Positions 1-7,055 of a DNA stretch of 24,242 nucleotides are shown here, piece by piece. Source of the DNA: a virus. Its lineage: Duplodnaviria; Caudoviricetes. The translations under genes were made by a program, and so were the position numbers. Every line of letters starts with the position of its first letter. Position 1 is the first letter of the stretch. The notes beneath the pieces were generated by a model. That model worked only from the letters and a program-made list of their open reading frames with translations, did no database searches and was not told the origin of the DNA. Where the stretch lies: positions 1 to 24,242 of IMG/VR virus record IMGVR_UViG_3300037182_000015; one strand, 5' to 3'.

Positions 1-255
1 GCAGGAGCTAGTGGCAAACCGAACAGATTACAGAGCCTAACGTTTAGCCCATCATCAACGTTCCTTTACGCTACACCCCCGCAGATTGACGTAGCATACA
101 CAACGATGACTGCCGCCCAACTTAACGTCCTATTCACGTCGCTCCCATCAGTTTCGGGCGGGCAGGTAATACGGATAACCGGCGCAACAGGCGCGGGTTC
201 GTGCACACAATCTATAGCAACTAACTTAGGATGGACGGTAAACTCTACAACGTAG
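1..255 (+). CDS. 3' end of a virion fibre/decoration-type protein (partial, runs off the window)
   Basis: Frame 1 is open from base 1 to TAG at 253-255 and reads AGASGKPNRLQSLTF...LNVLFTSLPSVSGGQVIRITGATGAGSCTQSIATNLGWTVNSTT. The 'IATxxGWTV' ending resembles the C-terminal cap of phage leucine-rich/solenoid fibre proteins. Confidence 0.7.
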   Translation, partial: AGASGKPNRLQSLTFSPSSTFLYATPPQIDVAYTTMTAAQLNVLFTSLPSVSGGQVIRITGATGAGSCTQSIATNLGWTVNSTT

Positions 256-262
256 GTGTAAA

Positions 263-502
263 ATGTATAAAACTGCCGCGTCAGGTCATAATTTGTATCA
301 AATGGTGCTTAATCCGAACGGAGATTATGTCAACAACTCAACCGGAGTACGGTATCAAGTAAACATCATTAACTGGGTAGACACTCCGGTAGGGCCGAAC
401 GCGATAACAATTCTAGGTGGGTACATCGACTTCGCTACGATTGATGCCGCGATGGCGCATTACAATTTGACTTATTTACCGTTGGTGCCAGTATCCCCAT
501 GA
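263..502 (+). CDS. hypothetical protein, 79 aa
   Basis: AGGTGT RBS upstream of the ATG. Tightly packed between neighbours, with an ATGA overlap with the next gene. Confidence 0.75.
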   Translation: MYKTAASGHNLYQMVLNPNGDYVNNSTGVRYQVNIINWVDTPVGPNAITILGGYIDFATIDAAMAHYNLTYLPLVPVSP

Positions 503-1287
503 TAGTAACTGACGAAGGGCTAACCGCAAAACGTGATGGCAACTTCTTTACTACTGAGTTTGGACTACTCGTGTTATCACGCGGAGGGCCGTTCGTCGAT
601 GAATCTGGAGATGTAACATACGGCAGCGACCGGCGCATCGTTCAAACTGCCGTGACCGACGAAGGATTACTCGCGGTACGCGACAGTAACTATTTTACTA
701 CTGAGTTTGGATTGCAGGCGTTATCGCGGGGCGGTCGGTTCGTGGATGAATCTGGAGACGTGATGTACGGTAGGGATGTAACGATAGTTCAGTCCGTCGT
801 GCCAGATGTGTCACTTGCTGCCCCTGACGCTCCAACAGTAGGCATTAGAGTAGTGCCTTTAACACCAGATGTAGCAATAGCGGCGCCGATACTACCTTCG
901 GTGGACGTAGGGCCAATCCAGACTGTCGTTCCGAACGTGACCGACGCGACGAACAAACCGTCGGTAGACGTAGGGCCGACCCAGACGGTCGTTCCTAACG
1001 TCTCTTCAGTAGCAATTCCACCTGCAATAGGCCACGCCTTTTCTCAAGTGGTTGTTCCTAATGTCACGTTAGCTGCGTTGAAACCACACGTAGATGTCGG
1101 TGTGACTCCAAAAGTTCCTGACATACTCCTACAAGCTCTCGCGCCTTTGATTAGCATGCACATCGTGCAGGGGGTTGTTCCAGACATTGAATTAGCTGCA
1201 CAGATTACTCTAGCGTTCATAATGTATCCGATATATGAAACGATCACCGAAGATCCAGATGCGTTCTACGAGGAGGTAGATGAGTAA
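499..1287 (+). CDS. repeat-containing putative structural/decoration protein
   Basis: Two tandem 49-aa N-terminal repeats, then ~22-aa Val/Pro-rich repeats (QTVVPNV...PSVDVGP) and an acidic C-terminus. Translationally coupled on both sides. Confidence 0.75.
   Translation: MIVTDEGLTAKRDGNFFTTEFGLLVLSRGGPFVDESGDVTYGSDRRIVQTAVTDEGLLAVRDSNYFTTEFGLQALSRGGRFVDESGDVMYGRDVTIVQSVVPDVSLAAPDAPTVGIRVVPLTPDVAIAAPILPSVDVGPIQTVVPNVTDATNKPSVDVGPTQTVVPNVSSVAIPPAIGHAFSQVVVPNVTLAALKPHVDVGVTPKVPDILLQALAPLISMHIVQGVVPDIELAAQITLAFIMYPIYETITEDPDAFYEEVDE
505..798 (+). repeat. tandem 147-bp (49-codon) intragenic duplication
   Basis: VTDEGLTAKRDGNFFTTEFGLLVLSRGGPFVDESGDVTYGSDRRIVQ versus VTDEGLLAVRDSNYFTTEFGLQALSRGGRFVDESGDVMYGRDVTIVQ. 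Shared DNA blocks include TTTACTACTGAGTTTGGA and GATGAATCTGGAGA. Confidence 0.9.
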
Positions 1288-1640
1288 TGGCCACGGCATT
1301 AGCGCCGATCACGATCTATCAAGGCGATACCAAACCTATAATTATCACGATCAACACGCCTGCCGCTGCGCCTGATGATATCACAGGCGACTCGTTCGTG
1401 TGGGCGCTCTACCATGACATAACAGGCAATGCATTAATAAAAACGGTTGGCAATGGACTGACTATCTCAGACGTAAATCCGGGCCAGTTGGTAGTGGGGT
1501 TCGTTCCAGCGGATACGATGGAGATTATGCCGCTCACCTACAAGCAGATGATAACGAAGTGCGTTGGAGGCAGTCGGGTCTTGCTTGCGACAGGTTACGT
1601 TATGGTGGAACCGAACAGCATATTAATCGAAGTGAGTTGA
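1287..1640 (+). CDS. putative virion structural protein, BppU-N-like beta-sandwich
   Basis: The pattern 'ITIYQGDTKPIIITI...DITG...GQLVVGFVPADT' is typical of BppU N-terminal-like phage adaptor domains. GAGGAGGT RBS upstream. Confidence 0.6.
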   Translation: MATALAPITIYQGDTKPIIITINTPAAAPDDITGDSFVWALYHDITGNALIKTVGNGLTISDVNPGQLVVGFVPADTMEIMPLTYKQMITKCVGGSRVLLATGYVMVEPNSILIEVS

Positions 1641-1641
1641 A

Positions 1642-2298
1642 ATGACAAGTATAACTCTCACACCAACTGATCCAGACCTTAATATGGCAGAGCAAACATC
1701 ATTGACGGTCAATGTCAATCCGACTAATCCTGATGGAACTCCGATGGATCTCACAGGCGGAACGGTAATCTGGAAGGCATTTGCAAACGGGACTGAGATG
1801 ATTAAAAAGGACACGCCGACGATGCTTGTTATGCTCGCACCTATCACCGCTACCACACTCACAGCGGCGGCAAGTGCAGGACAGAATAATGTGCATCTCA
1901 CTCAAGTTACGGGGTTCGGTCTTGATAGTTGGGGCAGACAGATATTACCATTTACAGCAGGCGATGTAGTCACGTTGACAAACGTTTCCGGGGCAAGTGA
2001 GTATGCAACGATCTCACAGGTAAGTGGGCTCGAACTGATAATGACTGCGCCCTTGCAGAACTCATATGCGATTGCCGATGCGTGTCAAATGATTATCTCA
2101 CAATTCACGTTCCAGTTATTGCCGGGCGATACAATCCTACCATCTACAAAATCATACGGAACGCAGATCGTGTGGGATCACATGGCAGTAGTTGAATTCC
2201 CCGTAGGATTAGGGCCGCAGGATATCTATCAAGTGCCCACGACGCTTTTAGCGATCAGAGGTCGAATGTTCATCCTACCTATAGAGGACATGAGTTAA
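1642..2298 (+). CDS. putative virion structural protein, BppU-N-like domain interrupted by an inserted beta module
   Basis: The BppU-like frame 'DGTPMDLTGGTVIW...FTFQLLPGDT' resembles the preceding gene. The insert is 'TTLTAAASAGQNNVHLTQVTGF...AGDVVTL...EYATISQVSGLELIMTAPLQNSY'. Confidence 0.6.
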   Translation: MTSITLTPTDPDLNMAEQTSLTVNVNPTNPDGTPMDLTGGTVIWKAFANGTEMIKKDTPTMLVMLAPITATTLTAAASAGQNNVHLTQVTGFGLDSWGRQILPFTAGDVVTLTNVSGASEYATISQVSGLELIMTAPLQNSYAIADACQMIISQFTFQLLPGDTILPSTKSYGTQIVWDHMAVVEFPVGLGPQDIYQVPTTLLAIRGRMFILPIEDMS

Positions 2299-2300
2299 TC

Positions 2301-2930
2301 ATGAGATATTCACTAAAGAAGATTACGCCACCTAACGGTTATCCACTTGACCGAGATGACGTGTTTAACATGCTCAAACTCGATCCGTCTAACCCCGCAC
2401 TCGCACGCGAAGCGCAGTATATAGAAGACTTGATCGCATCAGCAGTCGGGAAACTTGAGGACTACTGCGCCAGGGCATTTATGACACAGACGTATGATAT
2501 GGTCTTAGTGCCTAACCTTGAGACGGTTCCTAACGTTGCAGGTAAAGTATACGGGTATCAAGTCCTTCCAATGGTTATTAAAATATGGCGTCCGCCGTGC
2601 CAGTCGGTTCTTTCAGTTGTCTGTGTAGATCAGATGGGTGTTGAGCACGTTCAAAACGCGGTAAACTATTCGGTCAACTATGACGTTGAACCTGCTGAAC
2701 TGCAACTTGTCTATGGTGGATACTGGGAGTGGTGGGTTCGCGGTTATTATAAAATTAGATTCACCGCTGGATACGGCGATACCTTAAGCGACGTTCCGCC
2801 TGAACTTCGCAACGGACTTAGGATGTGCGTTGCTGAATGGTATGCAGGGCGTGAGAACTTAGACTATAGTATTCCACCGACAGCGATTGATGCAGTAAGC
2901 GACTTCATAATAAGCCCAGGTGATCTGTAG
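2301..2930 (+). CDS. head-tail connector/adaptor protein (phiE125 gp8 / gp6-like)
   Basis: Motifs 'ITPPNGYPL', 'YIEDLIASAVGKLEDYCARAFMTQTY' and 'IRFTAGYG...VPPELRNGLRMCVAEWYAGRE' are characteristic. First gene of the neck module. Confidence 0.9.
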   Translation: MRYSLKKITPPNGYPLDRDDVFNMLKLDPSNPALAREAQYIEDLIASAVGKLEDYCARAFMTQTYDMVLVPNLETVPNVAGKVYGYQVLPMVIKIWRPPCQSVLSVVCVDQMGVEHVQNAVNYSVNYDVEPAELQLVYGGYWEWWVRGYYKIRFTAGYGDTLSDVPPELRNGLRMCVAEWYAGRENLDYSIPPTAIDAVSDFIISPGDL

Positions 2931-2933
2931 AAA

Positions 2934-3353
2934 ATGCCTGCCGCTAATAAATGGCAATGGGTTGAAAAGAACCCTGGACTTCCTAATAACTGGTCAAAGA
3001 TGCGTGACTGCATCGTAGTGCAACGGCCGGTGGGAACCATTGATGCAGCGGGCGGAACACCAGCAGATTATGAGGACTATATCGTAGGCCCTGATGGACT
3101 AGGTATTTATGCACAGATATCTGAGCCGAGTTCCGATGAAGTAGTCATCGCAATGGCAAAGAACGTCAAACTTACGCACACGATCATCGTTCGTTATGAC
3201 CCGAGGATTACTGAAGATATGCGGTTGAGATTCTATTTCAATGGTAATATGCGCTATGCGAATATTCACAAAGTTACTGACGTTGAGTTTAGGCATATAT
3301 GGATGAAGATACAGGCAGTCGAGGCAGTGTATAACGCGGGTGCATACCAGTGA
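2934..3353 (+). CDS. head closure / head-tail joining protein (SPP1 gp16-like)
   Basis: Motifs 'MRDCIVVQRP...DAAGG', 'THTIIVRYDPRITEDMRL' and 'NIHKVTDVEFRHIWMKIQAVE', plus gene order. Confidence 0.88.
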   Translation: MPAANKWQWVEKNPGLPNNWSKMRDCIVVQRPVGTIDAAGGTPADYEDYIVGPDGLGIYAQISEPSSDEVVIAMAKNVKLTHTIIVRYDPRITEDMRLRFYFNGNMRYANIHKVTDVEFRHIWMKIQAVEAVYNAGAYQ

Positions 3354-3384
3354 ATACTGTTTACTATAGTAAACGGGGTGCATA

Positions 3385-3846
3385 ATGGCATCAGGTTCGA
3401 GTTCAACAACGATTGATACAAAACAGTTTGAGCTTAAGATGGCTGCGGCAGATGTGAAGATTAGGACACAAGTCGCATTAGGGTTAAACAAAATTGGAAC
3501 CCTTGCTGCTTCGCAACTTCGTGCCACTATGCCAAGAGATACGTCGTATATGGCAACGCACGTTGAGGTTGTTCACGCAACGCCTGAAACACTTGTAGAA
3601 GTAATTACATCGGATGCAAACTATACACTCGCTCAGGATCAAGGAGCCAAGCCACACATGCCACCTTCGGATGCGCTGGAAGCATGGGGAACACGCCACG
3701 GATTCCCGAAAGGGAGTGGTTTCATTATCGCCCGTGCAATCGCAAAGCGGGGACTTCCAGCAAGGAACTTCATCAAACCAGTCGCTGATGCGGCAAAGGT
3801 GCAGGCGATCCCGATACTCGAAGCAGCGGTAAAAGATATTTGGTAA
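3385..3846 (+). CDS. HK97 gp10-family tail completion/neck protein
   Basis: Motifs 'MPRDTSYM', 'ANYTLAQDQGAKPHMPP..AL..WG' and 'IARAIAKRGLPARNFIKP'. GGGGTG RBS; follows the head closure gene. Confidence 0.85.
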   Translation: MASGSSSTTIDTKQFELKMAAADVKIRTQVALGLNKIGTLAASQLRATMPRDTSYMATHVEVVHATPETLVEVITSDANYTLAQDQGAKPHMPPSDALEAWGTRHGFPKGSGFIIARAIAKRGLPARNFIKPVADAAKVQAIPILEAAVKDIW

Positions 3847-3849
3847 ACA

Positions 3850-4308
3850 ATGTATATTATCAAACAGTGTCCCCAGTATGAACTACGCACCCTGATATTC
3901 AGCTTACTTAACGGTAACGTCCTTGCGATTGATAACTCAGTTGTACCAGTCTTTGAAGCAGTGCCAAGAGAGTTACCAAGGCCGTATATCGCTATAGGAA
4001 GAGCGACATGGACACCTGACGAACAGAAAAGTTATACCATCGATATGTACGTGCTCGAAGTTGATATCTTTACGGACTACGGCGGCACGCTTGAGAACGT
4101 CTTTATCTTGAATGGTGTTCAGATGGCGCTATCAAATGCACTTAACACAAAGACATTACAGTTCCCCGATGATAGCAAATTTAGAATCGGTATGATGTAC
4201 TTCGAGGGCGGCAGCACTGAAGTCATTGGGAATGACGCGCTGTTCCCCGAATTGCTTGAAAAGTCTACGTTTACAATGTCCTTCATGATTGAACAAACGA
4301 GAGGGTGA
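3850..4308 (+). CDS. tail terminator / tail completion protein (DUF3168, SPP1 gp17-like)
   Basis: Motif 'VPVFEAVPRELPRPYIAIG...LEVDIFTDYGG'; lies between the gp10-like gene and the tail tube gene. Confidence 0.82.
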   Translation: MYIIKQCPQYELRTLIFSLLNGNVLAIDNSVVPVFEAVPRELPRPYIAIGRATWTPDEQKSYTIDMYVLEVDIFTDYGGTLENVFILNGVQMALSNALNTKTLQFPDDSKFRIGMMYFEGGSTEVIGNDALFPELLEKSTFTMSFMIEQTRG

Positions 4309-4312
4309 TGGA

Positions 4313-4795
4313 GTGGTTGAAAAGAAAGATACTAAGGAATCTGAAAAGCCGGAAGTCAAAGTCAAAGCTAAAGCTAGAGTCAAAGACCCGGAACCAAAGA
4401 GCGATATGTGGGCGGTTTATCACCTTATCAATGACCGCCTCGAAGCAGAAGACATTACAGTTAATGGACGACTTCCCAACGTTGAACTTGGAAAGGACTT
4501 TGTTAATGATGATATTGCTATGATCCCGATGTTTGTAGGCGAACCTCCGTTATTCCAACCATTTACTTTTACGGTTCGGATGACATGCGTAGTGGCGAAG
4601 GGCTACGAGACAAAGACACGCCTTGAAATATTAAAGAACTCGGTGAGAGCCGCATTAAAGGAACCGTTTGTATTAGGGAATATTGAACTCACGGCTGCTG
4701 TTATAAAAGAAGCAGATTCGAGAGAAGTTGGAGTGCGGAAGTCTGCACTCACCATCAGCGTGAAAGCTGAGAAGATATCTAAAAGGAGGCTATAA
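4313..4795 (+). CDS. hypothetical protein, possible second tail-terminator-like paralog with a K/E-rich N-terminus
   Basis: GTG at 4313 follows a GAGGGTGA RBS and is preferred over the track start at 4289. Weak collinear similarity to the preceding gene. Confidence 0.6.
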   Translation: MVEKKDTKESEKPEVKVKAKARVKDPEPKSDMWAVYHLINDRLEAEDITVNGRLPNVELGKDFVNDDIAMIPMFVGEPPLFQPFTFTVRMTCVVAKGYETKTRLEILKNSVRAALKEPFVLGNIELTAAVIKEADSREVGVRKSALTISVKAEKISKRRL

Positions 4796-4798
4796 TAA

Positions 4799-5221
4799 AT
4801 GACTAGCTGCTATCCGCCATCTTTTGAGAACGGTATGCTCACTCGTGTGTATATCGCGGCGAATCTTACCGGCGATCCCGGATGGGTTCAACTTGGTGGC
4901 GAAACTACATCGAAATTTAGTGTGAAACCTGTAACCGCAGATGCTACGAACAAAGATTCGCCTGCGGGATTGGCTATCGCAGTGGGCTATGATTGGTCAC
5001 TTACTTCGGATCAGGAATGGAACCTCACCGACGCAGGCCAAATGCTTGTACGGAATATGCCACTGGCGCTTGAGATGCGAAGAGTCGCATGGAAGCCTAA
5101 TGGTTCAAGCATTGGTTACTATGGCTATGCAACCTGTGGATGGGATACCGATGCAACCAACCGAGCAGTTACCAAGATGAGTCTAACCATAACTGGCTGC
5201 GGACCACTGTCTTACTCGTAG
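4799..5221 (+). CDS. major tail tube protein (TP901-1-like family)
   Basis: Pattern 'LGGETTSKFSVKPVTADATNKDS...WSLTSD...YYGYA...MSLTITGCGPL'. AGGAGG RBS and expected position. Confidence 0.82.
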   Translation: MTSCYPPSFENGMLTRVYIAANLTGDPGWVQLGGETTSKFSVKPVTADATNKDSPAGLAIAVGYDWSLTSDQEWNLTDAGQMLVRNMPLALEMRRVAWKPNGSSIGYYGYATCGWDTDATNRAVTKMSLTITGCGPLSYS

Positions 5222-5232
5222 GAGAGTTAAAC

Positions 5233-5595
5233 ATGGCAGCGACAGTTTATACGCCGGTTGTCATGGGGCGCGATACGCCTCTTAACCTGACGACTGCGCT
5301 TGCAGGTGCAGTTACGCCAGGTGGACTAACCGGGGACTCATTTGTTAATACAGGACATGAACTATTTTACCACATCAACTCAGATGGCGCGAATGCAAAG
5401 ACGGTAGTGTTCTCAGCAGGGCAGTGTTCGTATGGAGTTGAGCACGACCTGACAGAAACAACGCCAGCATCAACGACTAAGGAATACGGGCCGTTCAGTG
5501 TAGAAGAGTTTGGAAGTTCGATTCCTGTTACATTCAGCGGCACAGGCGGCGTAACCAACGTCAAGGTTCTAATCGTACAGCATCCGTACGTGTAA
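5233..5595 (+). CDS. small beta-rich virion protein (paralog 1)
   Basis: ATG at 5233 follows a GGAG RBS; the track start at 5140 is unlikely. Motif 'GDSFVNTGHE...GPF'. Confidence 0.75.
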   Translation: MAATVYTPVVMGRDTPLNLTTALAGAVTPGGLTGDSFVNTGHELFYHINSDGANAKTVVFSAGQCSYGVEHDLTETTPASTTKEYGPFSVEEFGSSIPVTFSGTGGVTNVKVLIVQHPYV

Positions 5596-5608
5596 GGAGT
5601 GAACAAAA

Positions 5609-6055
5609 ATGGTTGATCCAATAGACATTACGCCACAAGCATCTACAATCCACGATACTAATGCATTAGACGCAACGCCTTTAGCTCCAACGACAGGGCT
5701 GAACATGACGTTCTACACGCTACAAGCAGCGGATTGGACGAATGGTATCACGTTCCTTAACACGGGACATGAAGTGGTCGTTGTGATGAGCAAATCCGCA
5801 AACGTTGTCACGACGACCGCTCAGTGTGCAGTTGCATGCGACCAGGGATTTAAGAGTCCCCAACACGATGTTATCGCAAGTCAGACCGCAGGAAGCGTGA
5901 CACCAACGTTTAAGGTTATCGGTCAGTTCCAAACGTCCCGATACAACCAGACAATAGGTGCAGCGCAGTTGCCTAACCGGGTTCTTGTTACGTTTGCCGG
6001 TGACACTGGAAACGTCAGCATAGCAGTACTGCAAACCCCGACTGTAGGACAATAA
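5609..6055 (+). CDS. small beta-rich virion protein (paralog 2)
   Basis: AGGAGTGA RBS. Shares 'FxNTGHE', 'C..G...HD', 'G.F' and 'VTF.G..G' with the preceding gene. Confidence 0.75.
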   Translation: MVDPIDITPQASTIHDTNALDATPLAPTTGLNMTFYTLQAADWTNGITFLNTGHEVVVVMSKSANVVTTTAQCAVACDQGFKSPQHDVIASQTAGSVTPTFKVIGQFQTSRYNQTIGAAQLPNRVLVTFAGDTGNVSIAVLQTPTVGQ

Positions 6056-6084
6056 TTTAGTAAGGAGTTTAATAAGAAATCGTT

Positions 6085-6537
6085 ATGGTGAATCCACATA
6101 AAGGCGAAGTTGAGATTGATCTTAGAAAGGCAGTTGCACAACAAATCCTGCAACCAGCTAATCATGGAAAGGTACATCTCAAATATACTTTAGAGTCTCT
6201 AGGAAACATCGAAACAGAACTGCGCCGCATGTTCGGTTGGAGTATATCTGTCTTCGAGATCCTCGACAGGAACAACAAAAACCCTGAAAAGATAAGCATT
6301 GCTGAAACTGCGGTGATGCTAGAACACGGGCTGCGCGACCAGTTCCCCGCGATGAATCTAAGGATTGCGTATAAAGTCCTCGGTTGCGAAACGATGACCG
6401 ATGTGTTAGCGCAGATAATGACGGCGATGAACATTGCCTTTGAGGGCGTCGTTCCGGTAGAGATCAAAGAGGATGTAGACCAGAAAGAGTTTACAGAGAC
6501 CCTTGTTGAAGGTGTGGAGGGCGAAGCAAAAAAGTAA
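6085..6537 (+). CDS. tail assembly chaperone (gpG-like)
   Basis: Starts 'MVNPHKGEVEI...LKYTLESLGNIE' and ends in GCA AAA AAG TAA. Lies between the tail tube and tape measure genes. Confidence 0.85.
   Translation: MVNPHKGEVEIDLRKAVAQQILQPANHGKVHLKYTLESLGNIETELRRMFGWSISVFEILDRNNKNPEKISIAETAVMLEHGLRDQFPAMNLRIAYKVLGCETMTDVLAQIMTAMNIAFEGVVPVEIKEDVDQKEFTETLVEGVEGEAKK
6528..6534 (+). promoter_or_regulatory. programmed -1 ribosomal frameshift site A_AAA_AAG
   Basis: In-phase X_XXY_YYZ heptamer immediately before the stop. The -1 frame (AAA AAA GTA ACC CGT CTC GAT ATG) is open into the 6549 ORF. GGAGG lies at 6516-6520. Confidence 0.85.
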
Positions 6538-6548
6538 CCCGTCTCGAT

Positions 6549-7055
6549 ATGTCCGCGATAATGGAAGCGGCGTTCGGGGTGCTACACCTTACACACGATG
6601 AACTGTTTGCCTTAACGCCGTTTCAGTTCACACAACTCTATCGCGGGTGGGAAGAACGTGAGAAACTAGAGCAAATCAGAAACGCTCAACTCATGGTTAC
6701 AATCGCCAACTCAAACCGATGGGACGAGAAACAACCAGTCGTAACGATTCAGGATATTCTGCCGTGGTATGAAGAGTATGTACCTGATGAAGTAATTGAA
6801 AAGATAGATATACCAATGCGTCCGGCAATCCCACGCGATGAACTGCTTTTAATGACGACGCACCAGATCCTTGAACAGCGCGGGCTCGATCCTGAGACAG
6901 TTAAGAAGGATTCAGAAGAATGGACAGAAGCAGAGAACATAGCGATCATCTGTTGCGGACCGGAAGCCGCGGAAGATTCTATCGTATTAGAGGGCGGGAT
7001 CGAGATTAAGAAAGTTGATCCGAAGGTCTTTGGAAAAGCACCGTGGGGTGAATAG
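6549..7055 (+). CDS. tail assembly chaperone, gpT-like C-terminal part (probably made as a G-T fusion, 6085-7055)
   Basis: 'AFGVLHLTHDELFALTPFQF' is typical of gpT-like segments. It is in the -1 frame relative to gpG and has no clear RBS of its own. Confidence 0.8.
   Translation: MSAIMEAAFGVLHLTHDELFALTPFQFTQLYRGWEEREKLEQIRNAQLMVTIANSNRWDEKQPVVTIQDILPWYEEYVPDEVIEKIDIPMRPAIPRDELLLMTTHQILEQRGLDPETVKKDSEEWTEAENIAIICCGPEAAEDSIVLEGGIEIKKVDPKVFGKAPWGE

Noticed and set aside
505-798. Possible diversity-generating retroelement TR/VR pair
   Set aside because: The repeats are in-frame and tandem, differences are not confined to adenines and are often synonymous, and there is no reverse transcriptase in the window.
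4289-4312. Track start at 4289 and the overlapping alternative ORF 4305-4523
   Set aside because: RBS position favours GTG at 4313, and the 72-aa ORF is an out-of-frame overlap without features.
5140-5232. Frameshift fusion of the tail tube protein to the next ORF (the -1 frame is open across the stop)
   Set aside because: No slippery heptamer was seen, and the downstream gene has its own RBS and ATG at 5233.
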